A stretch of 64,000 nucleotides of DNA, from sequence record NC_042060.1, one strand, 5' to 3'. This document shows positions 8,148 through 17,759 of this stretch, one piece after another. The position numbers were made by a program, and so were the translations under genes. A model generated the notes under the pieces. That model was given only the letters and a program-made list of their open reading frames with translations. It was not told where the DNA came from and did no database searches. How positions within the stretch are numbered: the first letter of the stretch is position 1; each line of letters opens with the position of its first letter.

Positions 8148-9044
8148 TTAAATTTTCAATAGGAACCCATTGTGATTAAATGAGATAATACAGTTATGCC
8201 CCATCATGACAGTATGATAAGATACTATATTGTCACGTGTATTATTTGAAATCTTGTTCACCTTAAATTCATTCATGATAGCATTATGAATGGCTAAGTC
8301 TTTTTCTCGATACTGATTTGAAAAAATAATAACAGCAGGGTTAATATTGATAGTATCCATTGCATTAAGAAAATATTCAACATCAAACTTTTTAATAGTT
8401 TCAGATTTTCCAACACAACCCTTAGTTTCATCAATTAATGAAAAACCAATAGTTCTAATTGGTTCGTCCTCATTATGGAAGTCATAATTGGTAATGCTCA
8501 TACCTATCAATAGTCCATTTTTATCTACATTAACTACTTTAGAATCAGTGTACTTATAAATATCACTGATTGCATAACCAGCCGAATACAATACATCTTT
8601 AAAATGACTAGTTACTTTATCAATAATAAAGTTTTGATAATCTGTTTGATATAGTTTATCACTATGTTCAAGCTTTTTGATAATATCACTTAGTTCATGA
8701 TACACGTTGGTAAAACTATTCGAAAAATAATTATCTTTTATTCCTAACCTAGTTAACAGATCTAGCTGGATTTCTTTTTTAGATAGTTTCGTAGAATTAC
8801 TAAGTTTTTCAATGACGGATGTAATTGTACGTAGATCAATTGCTAGTGAAAGTGATTTAAAGATATTATTAATTGGTGTATCAGATAGCTTTGAAATAGC
8901 TATTAGTAGATTATCTAATTCATCATTAGTAATTTTCAGTTCTTTCACAATATCATTATATTCAATTAGTTTACCATCAATAATATTACAGATTAAAAGT
9001 TTATGTAATTCTTTAATAGTGGTATTAACTTGTAGATTATTCAT
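8148..9044 (-). CDS. Hypothetical protein, very AT-rich
   Basis: 298 aa, helical N-terminal half. Confidence 0.85.
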
Positions 9045-9064
9045 TTTTTTACCTTTTAGTTAAT

Positions 9065-9502
9065 TTAAAATTTATTTACAGCTCTAAGAAAATATTCAGA
9101 TGGATCATCGAAGAAGACAATACTATCAACAACACTATTTTGTCGAGTACACCTTACTTTGATAAGATTATATTCTCTGAATTTATTAAGCCCCCAAGCT
9201 TCTTTAGCACGATGGCGTAACCCACTACCAACAATAGCCCCATACCTAGTTTGTTCAACAAATAAATAAACATCCCAGCCATGATGATTATCATGGTATT
9301 TTGCGTAGTATTTATTGTCTTTAGTTTTGTTTAAACTAAGACTATACCTTTCTGTCTGTAGTTGATTAATATTCGATTTAATCATTTCATTTAATTTGGG
9401 TTCCACTGTATGAATGACATCGCCAGCAGTAGTGGCCATTACCTTTAGTTTGTGATGCACGTTCGTAAGAACGTCCTCCCAAATGTTAGTAACTACGTCC
9501 AT
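9065..9502 (-). CDS. Hypothetical early protein
   Basis: 145 aa, after promoter 9548. Confidence 0.85.
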   Translation of the reverse strand: MDVVTNIWEDVLTNVHHKLKVMATTAGDVIHTVEPKLNEMIKSNINQLQTERYSLSLNKTKDNKYYAKYHDNHHGWDVYLFVEQTRYGAIVGSGLRHRAKEAWGLNKFREYNLIKVRCTRQNSVVDSIVFFDDPSEYFLRAVNKF

Positions 9503-9547
9503 CTATTAAAACCTCGACACATTAATTTGATTTTGTAATACACACAT

Positions 9548-9555
9548 GTAATATA
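9548..9555 (-). promoter_or_regulatory. Early promoter TATATTAC
   Basis: Exact motif. Confidence 0.85.
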
Positions 9556-9556
9556 T

Positions 9557-9607
9557 ATCTCAAATAAAATTTAGTGCAATAGCCCTCCCCGAAGGGAGGG
9601 CCATATG
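9557..9607. repeat. 51-bp exact repeat, copy 1 (other at 24722..24772)
   Basis: Base-by-base comparison; includes terminator 9582..9601. Confidence 0.9.
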
Positions 9608-9613
9608 CTCTTA

Positions 9614-9943
9614 TTATCGATTAACTACACGATAATTATCAATAATAAACTCGATGTACTGTTCGACATCATGTAAGAAGCAGCTGTAGCTATACCGATC
9701 AAGTTTATTTAAAGCTTCAGTTAGAACTGGTTCGATATAGATATTTATTTCAGCTATTGATGGAATCTCAACATACTTATTTTCATATTCGGTAAGCTGC
9801 TCCTTTACCTTAGCCATTTGCTTTTTGTAAATGTATTCCATAGACCATTCTTTGTAAATGGAGCGCGCCCCATCAAAGAGATGGTAACCAAATGCAATAC
9901 CACCAAGCACCAGAACACCAGTGGAAATAGATGACATATTCAT
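9614..9943 (-). CDS. Early membrane-anchored protein, positional candidate for phiKZ gp241
   Basis: 109 aa, N-terminal TM, own promoter and terminator; gene number inferred by counting only. Confidence 0.8.
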   Translation of the reverse strand: MNMSSISTGVLVLGGIAFGYHLFDGARSIYKEWSMEYIYKKQMAKVKEQLTEYENKYVEIPSIAEINIYIEPVLTEALNKLDRYSYSCFLHDVEQYIEFIIDNYRVVNR

Positions 9944-9979
9944 GACATATCTCCTTTTTTCAAGATTGAATTCATATGT

Positions 9980-9987
9980 GTAATATA
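9980..9987 (-). promoter_or_regulatory. Early promoter TATATTAC
   Basis: Exact motif. Confidence 0.85.
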
Positions 9988-10027
9988 CTGTTTAAATATG
10001 TTTGAATACAAAAAAACACAATATAAA

Positions 10028-10045
10028 ACCTCCCCGAAGGGAGGT
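10028..10045 (-). terminator. cUUCGg terminator
   Basis: ACCTCCC-UUCG-GGGAGGT plus TTTT. Confidence 0.85.
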
Positions 10046-10072
10046 ATTTATGGTAACTTTGTAAAAGACTTA

Positions 10073-10555
10073 TTATAGTTGAAAGTCTTTATCTTCTTCA
10101 ATGATTTCATAACCTGGTGAATTAACTATATTTTTATTTAAACGAACTCGTTCATCTACTAAGTGTTTAACTACTTTAAGTAATTGACTTATTGACAGGT
10201 CATTATTTTCATCGGTATCTGATTTAAAAATACGACCACTGGTAGGTGAAGCATTTGTAAAACTAATACCTTCATTATCTTTATAAATATCATAATACCA
10301 TACGACATATGGACTATTGGTATTACTTATGACAAATACTAAAAATAGATCTTCATCATCACCTTGACCACACAGGATCCCGATATTTTTCCGATGCGTT
10401 ATACCACCTGTAATAATCAGGCCATCAGCATCACCACCGAATTTAAATATATCATAACCACCTTCAAGTTTACCATTTTCAAAATACTGTAATAGTGCAC
10501 CACCTACCACAGCACCCCATGAAAAGAAGTTATCTTTGTTTAGAAACTCAATCAT
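10073..10555 (-). CDS. Hypothetical protein
   Basis: 160 aa, GAGGA RBS. Confidence 0.85.
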   Translation of the reverse strand: MIEFLNKDNFFSWGAVVGGALLQYFENGKLEGGYDIFKFGGDADGLIITGGITHRKNIGILCGQGDDEDLFLVFVISNTNSPYVVWYYDIYKDNEGISFTNASPTSGRIFKSDTDENNDLSISQLLKVVKHLVDERVRLNKNIVNSPGYEIIEEDKDFQL

Positions 10556-10556
10556 C

Positions 10557-10739
10557 TTAAAAATCCTCTTTAGGTTCAGTGATTCGAGAATAAAGAATAA
10601 ACATATCGGTTAGGATATTTCTATCTAGTTCATAATTATCTTTAATACTTAATTGAATAGTTCCATATTTAACATTGGCACGTGTAAATAAGATTCCATA
10701 TTGAAATATACCTGTAGTACACAAATTATAAAACAACAT
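10557..10739 (-). CDS. Doubtful ORF
   Basis: 60 aa; ATG directly after a terminator T tract, no RBS. Confidence 0.3.
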   Translation of the reverse strand: MLFYNLCTTGIFQYGILFTRANVKYGTIQLSIKDNYELDRNILTDMFILYSRITEPKEDF

Positions 10740-10741
10740 AA

Positions 10742-10770
10742 AAAGAGAGAGGAATTTATCCTCTCTCTTT
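10742..10770 (-). terminator. Intrinsic terminator
   Basis: 12-bp stem AAAGAGAGAGGA/TCCTCTCTCTTT. Confidence 0.8.
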
Positions 10771-10786
10771 ATGCAACTAAATAGTT

Positions 10787-10909
10787 TTATTCTTTTTGCT
10801 TTTCTTTAGCTTCACGTTTAGCTTTGAGTTCTGCATTATTAAGCCGCCAAGCAGCTTGCATAGTAGCTAGATTGACAAACTTAGGCTGTTGCTTATTTTT
10901 AACTTTCAT
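10787..10909 (-). CDS. Small basic protein (40 aa), not in ORF track
   Basis: MKVKNKQQPKFVNLATMQAAWRLNNAELKAKREAKEKQKE; GGA RBS; terminator follows. Confidence 0.65.
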   Translation of the reverse strand: MKVKNKQQPKFVNLATMQAAWRLNNAELKAKREAKEKQKE

Positions 10910-10980
10910 TTGCTAATTCCAAATTTATTTCGAATGGTTAATTTAAACTATTAAATTGCTTCATATTCTTCATGCATAAT

Positions 10981-11274
10981 TTAATCCTCAGTCAGCGTAG
11001 CATAATCTACATAAAGATCATTGAGTTGCTCTTTTAATGAAATATTTATTTTTAATTCATTAAGAGTAATCCTATTCCAATGTTTACGCGGATTACCACA
11101 TAGCATACAACGAGACCTACCGCAGTTAAACGGATTATGTTTACGCCATTTACCTTTAGCCTTTGCTGAAGGATTAGTGTCATTATAACGACTCTCGGCT
11201 AGTGAAACATAATAATTAACTATACGAGTATTGTGATGACGATTAAGTTGTGCAGATAGTTTGTTGCTTGACAT
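10981..11274 (-). CDS. Basic protein with Cys motif, putative Zn/nucleic-acid binding
   Basis: CGRSRCMLCGNPRKH; GGTGGAG RBS. Confidence 0.85.
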   Translation of the reverse strand: MSSNKLSAQLNRHHNTRIVNYYVSLAESRYNDTNPSAKAKGKWRKHNPFNCGRSRCMLCGNPRKHWNRITLNELKINISLKEQLNDLYVDYATLTED

Positions 11275-11373
11275 ATTTATACTCCACCTTAATACCCCTA
11301 CCCCAATATGGAGTAGGGTAAAGTATGTAGTAGAGTAAATTTAATACATTAACTTTTAACATTCTAAACTTCA

Positions 11374-11874
11374 TTAATTTTCCACAATATCCTGGATGGT
11401 ACGTAGACTTTCTTGCATTGTCAGTAAGAAATTACGATAAGGTTCACTGGTGTCCAAAAAAGGTGGCATGTTTAACCTATTAGTAACCTCTTCTAGAAAT
11501 TCTTTATACTTATAAAGATTAATAGTGAATTTATTACAATCTGGATCAGTAGTAGTTGGGATAATATAATTACGAATAATGTAGTAAATATGAAAACTGC
11601 TACCATATTCAATTAAAGTATAAGGATTATCATCAATGAATTTCTGTGCTTCTTTTCCTTTTAAGGCGAAATCTTCTCGTTCAACGATTTCATGAAGTAG
11701 CGGCCCTAAGAATTGCATTGGAATCACACCATACATTTTAGCGAATTCCTTAATATCTTTATATGTTACTTTTGGATTAGGATATACCTCACGATTCCTA
11801 CCAATATTTCTAACTAGATATAGTTTTTCTTTTACTAAGATATTTTCGATGCATAGTTCATCTTTAAATAGCAT
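11374..11874 (-). CDS. Hypothetical protein
   Basis: 166 aa. Confidence 0.85.
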   Translation of the reverse strand: MLFKDELCIENILVKEKLYLVRNIGRNREVYPNPKVTYKDIKEFAKMYGVIPMQFLGPLLHEIVEREDFALKGKEAQKFIDDNPYTLIEYGSSFHIYYIIRNYIIPTTTDPDCNKFTINLYKYKEFLEEVTNRLNMPPFLDTSEPYRNFLLTMQESLRTIQDIVEN

Positions 11875-11923
11875 AAAATATTTTCCTTTTAATAAGATGG
11901 TATTAAACTTTTTTCTTTATTGA

Positions 11924-12757
11924 CTAATATTTTCTTCGTTCGATGCCCTGTAGTTTCGCGAATGTGTCGATCTTGTACTGGTCAACAAAATGCCAGGCTA
12001 GATCGGTAAGTGCATAGATGTCCGGACGTTCGTATTTACCGAAGTCTGGTTTCTCACGACTCAATTGAAAATCGATGAACTGATCTAATATAGGGCAACG
12101 ATCTATCAGATCCTGTTCAGTAGCCCCAACCTTATCATTAACCAGTTCTTGGATACGTTTATAAAGGATAGGATCTGTTAGAAGAGGCAGTAGATCATGG
12201 AATACCATCGGTGGATGTTCCAGACTTTCACGGACCCAAATTGCAGCCAACAGAGGACGAAGAGAATAGAAGTATTTCTTCATCCGGACTTTCTCATCTG
12301 ACAACCAACGCATTTTGGTTTGTTTGGCCATCGAGATATAATGCATGTAACTCGATTCAGGGATGAAGTGCTTTAGCGCAGCATCACGGATTAACTTGTA
12401 GTCCCGATCAACCTTACGGTAAACGATTGGGGAGTTTAGCCATTCCAAGAGAGTGGGGTTAGACTTGTAAGCAAGCTGAAGAGTCTTAGTGATACTCCAA
12501 CCAGCTAGGTCTAGTTCTTTAGACACCATCTCTTCAATAGTATCACGTGCTTCATTATCCACACGAACATAATGACTCGGATGGTTAACGTAAATGAAAC
12601 GAACGTCATAGTCACTATTGGTTGAAGCAAAGCCCCATCCACGACTACCGGACTCACAAGCATAAATAATCTTTACACCATATTTCTTTTCGATACGGTC
12701 TAGTTCTACATTAATCGTTACCCGCATCTCATCGTTAACTGGATGACGTTGATCCAT
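11924..12757 (-). CDS. Pol-beta superfamily nucleotidyltransferase (RlaP/PF10127 type)
   Basis: YACESGSRGWGFAS.NSDYDVRFIY; D..GW; SNPTLLEWL. Confidence 0.88.
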   Translation of the reverse strand: MDQRHPVNDEMRVTINVELDRIEKKYGVKIIYACESGSRGWGFASTNSDYDVRFIYVNHPSHYVRVDNEARDTIEEMVSKELDLAGWSITKTLQLAYKSNPTLLEWLNSPIVYRKVDRDYKLIRDAALKHFIPESSYMHYISMAKQTKMRWLSDEKVRMKKYFYSLRPLLAAIWVRESLEHPPMVFHDLLPLLTDPILYKRIQELVNDKVGATEQDLIDRCPILDQFIDFQLSREKPDFGKYERPDIYALTDLAWHFVDQYKIDTFAKLQGIERRKY

Positions 12758-13164
12758 TATCCACCAACCTTTTCAAATTTGAGTTTTTCTTCTTTACCTG
12801 TGTCCAGATACATGAACATCGATGTACCCAGCAAGTTGTATACAAACCAACCTTTGCTCACAAGTTCCTCTTCGAATTTCAGTGGTGCCGATAGTTCGCA
12901 TATAGCCTCGTACGGGATGACAATAGGCTCTTTCTCGGGCTTAGTAAGAATCAGTGCATGATCTGCAAGCTTCAACCATTGCTTGCGACTACTGATACCA
13001 AGACCAATACTAAACTCTTCACCTGGATCTTTTCCGTTAAAAAGGCTACAGCGAGTTTCTTTGGTTACTCTATTACCGGCGATACCGATCGTGAGAGGAT
13101 CAGGAAAGACCCCCATCAGTTCAATAACCATTTCAAGTTGACGCTTCAGTTCAGTGTTGTTCAT
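12757..13164 (-). CDS. Hypothetical protein coupled to the NTase
   Basis: 135 aa, TAATG overlap. Confidence 0.85.
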   Translation of the reverse strand: MNNTELKRQLEMVIELMGVFPDPLTIGIAGNRVTKETRCSLFNGKDPGEEFSIGLGISSRKQWLKLADHALILTKPEKEPIVIPYEAICELSAPLKFEEELVSKGWFVYNLLGTSMFMYLDTGKEEKLKFEKVGG

Positions 13165-13272
13165 AGGACAAATTCCTTTGTATTGTATTTACGTACTACA
13201 TCGGTCCACTAGGCAGGAGTCTGTGCATAGTAGTATTCGCTGAATATCCCAAATGAACCATAGGGAAATAAA

Positions 13273-13290
13273 GCCTCCCCAAAGGGAGGC
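13273..13290 (-). terminator. Intrinsic terminator
   Basis: GCCTCCC/GGGAGGC plus TTTATTT. Confidence 0.85.
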
Positions 13291-13297
13291 ATTTATG

Positions 13298-14764
13298 TTA
13301 GACAGCAACTTTACCAGCAATGTGTGAATGATATTCGTAGTTTTCGATAACAAAATCATCTACACCAATTTCCCGAATATCTTTACCAATAGCTTCTTGT
13401 TTGAAACGAATAGTTGGTAGAACCTTCGGTTCACGAGTTAATTGAAGATCAGTCTGTTCTTGGTGATTAGAGTAAATATGTACATCACCACCAGTCCAGA
13501 TAAACTCTTCAGCAATCATATTCATTTGGTTAGCTAACATGTGAGTCAGCAGACTATAGAACGTGATGTTAAAGGGTTTTCCTAAGAAAGTATCACAAGA
13601 TCTTTGATAGAGTTGACAACTGATGGCTCGTTTCGGAGCACCATGTTGATCCAGCCATTCTACTACTGCTTCATCTGTAGCCTTTTCATAACCACGACAG
13701 ACACGCAGAAGTGCTTTAACCTGCTCAGCACTATCGAATGGAGGTTGACCACGAGTAATCTCACCACTAATCTTATCATGATAAGCATCAGCTTCGAACT
13801 GGGTTTGGTCTAGAGCTTGCACTCGTTCATCTACGGTCAGTTCACGGGTCCAGAACTGAATAAATGCGTGGCAAGGTGGGAGTGCCTGCTCATCAATAAG
13901 ATGTGGCGCCCATGCACAAACAATGATCCGACGAGAATCCGGGTTGGTGCGAAGTTGATCGATGATGTCTTGGATTTGGTCGATACGTCGAGTAACCACG
14001 CATCTATCGGTTTCCATGGTTGTACCTGGGATATCCGCCACGAAGTCAAAACCACGCTTCTCATAATCAAACCACTCATATTTAGGGATTACACGAGTGT
14101 CTTCAAGATTACGCCATGTCTTACCGTAAACAGCACCTAGATCGCCGCCGACCAGACGCTCTGGTTCTTTATGCATCAAAGCACGATACAGTCGCTTGTT
14201 ATATTCAGCACGAATACCTTCAGGATTTTTGGCTTCATCGAACCCTTCAGTAGCGAACCTATTCCACGACGTTACGCTAACTCCAATGATGTATTGGATT
14301 TCCTCACGGTTAACTGGATATTCATCCCAGAAGGCCTGAATAGTCTCTGGAGTCATACCCGACTCGAATTCCGCTACAGTCTCAATGAATGGAGTAGAGT
14401 CATCGTTCATACAATGTAAGTACATTACGAATGGGGCACCAATGAGAGCAGTTACTGCTTTAAGAACGGCCTCATCGGTCATCGGCTCATATACTGCGGT
14501 TTCAGGTTTAACCCACTCGTTCCAGATGCGTACACCATTAGCGATCAGGTAATCCACCTTAGTATCACCTGACAGCATCCAGAACAATTCATGAATTACA
14601 GAAGCTAGATGAATCTTCTTGGTGGTTACAACTGGTAGCCGATTATTACGCAGACTATAACGTTCTTGTTGACCAAACATGCTCTGAGTACCAGTACCAG
14701 TACGGTCACCTTTATGTACACCGTGTTCTTTAACTAAACGGATTGAATTAAGATATTGTTCCAT
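13298..14764 (-). CDS. thyA: Thymidylate synthase with large insertions
   Basis: DRTGTGT, TTKK, ELFW, SRRII, LPPCH, YQRSCD, PFN, GDVHIY motifs. Confidence 0.97.
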   Translation of the reverse strand: MEQYLNSIRLVKEHGVHKGDRTGTGTQSMFGQQERYSLRNNRLPVVTTKKIHLASVIHELFWMLSGDTKVDYLIANGVRIWNEWVKPETAVYEPMTDEAVLKAVTALIGAPFVMYLHCMNDDSTPFIETVAEFESGMTPETIQAFWDEYPVNREEIQYIIGVSVTSWNRFATEGFDEAKNPEGIRAEYNKRLYRALMHKEPERLVGGDLGAVYGKTWRNLEDTRVIPKYEWFDYEKRGFDFVADIPGTTMETDRCVVTRRIDQIQDIIDQLRTNPDSRRIIVCAWAPHLIDEQALPPCHAFIQFWTRELTVDERVQALDQTQFEADAYHDKISGEITRGQPPFDSAEQVKALLRVCRGYEKATDEAVVEWLDQHGAPKRAISCQLYQRSCDTFLGKPFNITFYSLLTHMLANQMNMIAEEFIWTGGDVHIYSNHQEQTDLQLTREPKVLPTIRFKQEAIGKDIREIGVDDFVIENYEYHSHIAGKVAV

Positions 14765-14964
14765 TACTTGATCCTCGGATTGTCTACTAGTCCACAGTTG
14801 AACCAGAGATGTTTATCATGGCGGCGATCATCACTAATAGATACGATCGTACCCTTACCATCTTTAAAGTTAATAATCAATGCCCGAACTCGGCCATGGG
14901 AGAGAGCATTGAAAATTTTGTACGACTTTACACTGAATGCGATTCTTTCATCAAGACGATCCAT
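14764..14964 (-). CDS. Small hypothetical protein
   Basis: 66 aa, coupled to thyA; GAGG RBS. Confidence 0.7.
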   Translation of the reverse strand: MDRLDERIAFSVKSYKIFNALSHGRVRALIINFKDGKGTIVSISDDRRHDKHLWFNCGLVDNPRIK

Positions 14965-14991
14965 ACTTCATTCCTCTAACCTTACTGGTAA

Positions 14992-15285
14992 TCATAGATC
15001 AACCTCTATCCGTTTGTATTTGATATTAACTGGAATACCTAATTCATTTTTTACAAGATTAAATGAGTTTTTCGATGGAGTGTATGTAGCAACTATAACG
15101 GCTTGACTATCAACTACAGCTACATCTCGCCATTCCATGTGCATGTTATCGAAATCATCTTTACCCATGATCAAGTAATAAGACGTATCATTATGCGTAA
15201 TGGTATTTTCAAACGGTCTAATTACAAAAGCACTTAAACTAGACGGTATACGGTGTCCTACTTGTTCAAGTGTAACTGTATACAT
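14992..15285 (-). CDS. Hypothetical protein
   Basis: 97 aa, AGGAGG RBS. Confidence 0.85.
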   Translation of the reverse strand: MYTVTLEQVGHRIPSSLSAFVIRPFENTITHNDTSYYLIMGKDDFDNMHMEWRDVAVVDSQAVIVATYTPSKNSFNLVKNELGIPVNIKYKRIEVDL

Positions 15286-15306
15286 AAAACCTCCTAGACG
15301 ATATAC

Positions 15307-15326
15307 GGGAGTCCCGAAGGACTCCC
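15307..15326 (-). terminator. cUUCGg hairpin, probable terminator
   Basis: GGGAGTCC-UUCG-GGACTCCC; weak U tail. Confidence 0.65.
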
Positions 15327-15390
15327 TAAGCGCAACTAACCAATCGGCTAGTATCTTACCTATATTATTAGTCTATAAGAAGTATTTTTA

Positions 15391-16098
15391 TTACAGACCA
15401 ATACGAGTCAAAATTTCAGCCCAACCTTTCTCTTTAGCATATCGCAATAGGCTATTTTCAATATGGGTCTCACTATAGACAATAGGCTCATGACCACCTT
15501 GCACATGATACATTGTTAATGGTTCCACCACATGTTGACTAGACCAAGCATCGTATAAACGATCATTGATTTTAATCACCACATATACCATCAATTTATC
15601 GTCGATGTCAAGATCAATACCTGCTACAAATGCATTAACATTGGAACGCACTTGGTCAGCAGTTAGTTGCACTTGCAGCCCGCCATGTACTTCAAATTCG
15701 ATATCACAGATATTCTTATTTAACCAAGTATACACTGCCTGATTAGCATATGTCTCAATTGGATCACTACTACGTAAATCTATTAATGGACCATATGTTT
15801 CTAATGATGAGACACTGGTATCAACTAAGTCATTCAATGAGTATTCGGTACTAGAACAACTATCTAAAACACAGATAGTGTTATCCTCGATATGGATAGG
15901 TAATACCTTGAATACCACATTAGCAACATTAGGTAATGAGGTACCTGGTTCAGAACTATTGAATGGAGTATAAAATAATCGATCAGCCACTTCATTATCA
16001 ATAGTTGATACATCCATTGGAACGAATCCATTAAGATCTTGTTTGATTACGTCATTGTGTCCAATTCCAGAAAAAGATAAATACATTTTCTCAGACAT
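15391..16098 (-). CDS. Hypothetical protein
   Basis: 235 aa, acidic. Confidence 0.85.
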   Translation of the reverse strand: MSEKMYLSFSGIGHNDVIKQDLNGFVPMDVSTIDNEVADRLFYTPFNSSEPGTSLPNVANVVFKVLPIHIEDNTICVLDSCSSTEYSLNDLVDTSVSSLETYGPLIDLRSSDPIETYANQAVYTWLNKNICDIEFEVHGGLQVQLTADQVRSNVNAFVAGIDLDIDDKLMVYVVIKINDRLYDAWSSQHVVEPLTMYHVQGGHEPIVYSETHIENSLLRYAKEKGWAEILTRIGL

Positions 16099-16106
16099 AT
16101 CCGTAC

Positions 16107-16364
16107 CTATTTATTTACACAGATTAGAGTATGTTCTACTTTACTAGTACTAGAAGAAAAATAACGTAATAGAACACCATCACTGATTTTTACAGTCTCT
16201 ACATTATTACGAATAGCACTTGCTTTAGCTAGTTTTTGAATGCGCTCAATCGCGCTAAAACAAGTAGCCATGTCAGAGAACTCAGCGGTTGACTGCGATG
16301 CACCATTGGCTTGATAACCAGCGATACTGATACTACTAAAAAGAATTGCTAAAGTTGCATTCAT
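16107..16364 (-). CDS. Small exported protein with two Cys
   Basis: Hydrophobic N-terminus; EFSDMATC...LICV. Confidence 0.75.
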   Translation of the reverse strand: MNATLAILFSSISIAGYQANGASQSTAEFSDMATCFSAIERIQKLAKASAIRNNVETVKISDGVLLRYFSSSTSKVEHTLICVNK

Positions 16365-17269
16365 TTCTTACCACCTTTAATAACAGTGAGTTTTGGTGTA
16401 CCGGTAGGACGAGAAGGTTTATTAATAATAACCTGCGAATTGGAAGAATTATTGAAATCCTCAACCATCTTATTTACATCATTGTCAAATGAATTAGATG
16501 TATTATCACCCGAGTCCACAGTTGATTCACTAACCACATTTGAAATAGGGTAACTGAGGAGTTCCATCATAAGTACATTGATGTTATCCTGATAGTTTTC
16601 ATTACGTGTACAATTAATAACCCGCTCACACCAATCCATAATTAATTCTGGTGCATTCTGTTTAATTACAGTTACCGCTACTCTAATATGTGCATCTAAT
16701 TCTGGATTACTAAATTCAGTTACTCTGTTAATGGCGCTTTCAATCATCTGATCATGCTCATTCTCAGATGTATTCCTTACAACTAACTTACCATTAGTGG
16801 TATCGGCTTTATTTTTAAAATTAACCTCAGTGACATTACCTACGGTAGTTAATACTGGGTTTTTGTCAACTACATTATTAACAGTTCCTTCTAATGTTGC
16901 ACGAATAGTATCTGCATTGAGATATCTATCTACTAGTGGCATTTCAAAGAATGCGTTAGAATTATCATCAATAGGTGTAACTACACCCAATACTGCATAA
17001 AGAGGAAGTTTAATACTGACCCCAACTCCATTTACTGTTACATTGAAAGAGATATATTCGTCACTGATATAAAAATTCTTTGCACAGCGTGGATGGATAT
17101 TGAAAGTGATAGTGTGATCTTCTTTCGCATGCTTTAGAGCTACCTCAGATAAATCAGGTACTAATTGAGTATGTGCTACAATTAGAATATCTCTGAAGTT
17201 ATTCTCAAGAAACCAATCATAGGTAGCTCGAAGAATATGGCCAGTGAGTAATGATTTTACCTTTAGCAT
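16361..17269 (-). CDS. sspB: SspB-like ClpXP adaptor with extension
   Basis: LRATYDWF.EN, ITFNI, ISFNV..NGV..SI.LP..AVLG; C-terminal PKLTVIK XB-like motif. Confidence 0.85.
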   Translation of the reverse strand: MLKVKSLLTGHILRATYDWFLENNFRDILIVAHTQLVPDLSEVALKHAKEDHTITFNIHPRCAKNFYISDEYISFNVTVNGVGVSIKLPLYAVLGVVTPIDDNSNAFFEMPLVDRYLNADTIRATLEGTVNNVVDKNPVLTTVGNVTEVNFKNKADTTNGKLVVRNTSENEHDQMIESAINRVTEFSNPELDAHIRVAVTVIKQNAPELIMDWCERVINCTRNENYQDNINVLMMELLSYPISNVVSESTVDSGDNTSNSFDNDVNKMVEDFNNSSNSQVIINKPSRPTGTPKLTVIKGGKK

Positions 17270-17291
17270 ATTTGTATTACCTTTAAATAAA

Positions 17292-17759
17292 TTATAGGAA
17301 GATATCTTCTACTGAGGGCACTATATTCTTTTCTTTTACAAGTTCAGTAGATTTGGTATAATGTGCATTAAATAGTTTCTTTAAATCTGCTTTTTCATAT
17401 TTTACAGTATCTGCTAATTTCCAAATAGTAAGACCTAGATGAATACTAACTGAATTAACATGTTTTACGCATAGATCAATTAATTTGTTAAACTCTTCTA
17501 ATTCATTTTTAATCAACGTTGCATCTAAAGCTTGGTGCAAACGATTAGATAATTTAACTTTATCTTTGTCAATTGTAAAGTTATTTTCAATATCCTTAGC
17601 ACTCATCGGTGGTTCAACTTTATACCACACATTGGTTAGTTTACCGTCCACACGCGTCGTGATGGGATGTTTATAATCAGTCCAACTTCTATGTAGATTA
17701 TGTTTATCATCAAGAACATCTACAGTAACTTTCTCATTACCTGTAAAGAATGGATACAT
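17292..17759 (-). CDS. Hypothetical protein
   Basis: 155 aa. Confidence 0.85.
   Translation of the reverse strand: MYPFFTGNEKVTVDVLDDKHNLHRSWTDYKHPITTRVDGKLTNVWYKVEPPMSAKDIENNFTIDKDKVKLSNRLHQALDATLIKNELEEFNKLIDLCVKHVNSVSIHLGLTIWKLADTVKYEKADLKKLFNAHYTKSTELVKEKNIVPSVEDIFL

Noticed and set aside
13298-14764. Intein in thyA, or a base-modifying hydroxymethylase
   Set aside because: No C/S...HN splice junctions or endonuclease motifs; the PFN Asn for dUMP specificity is retained
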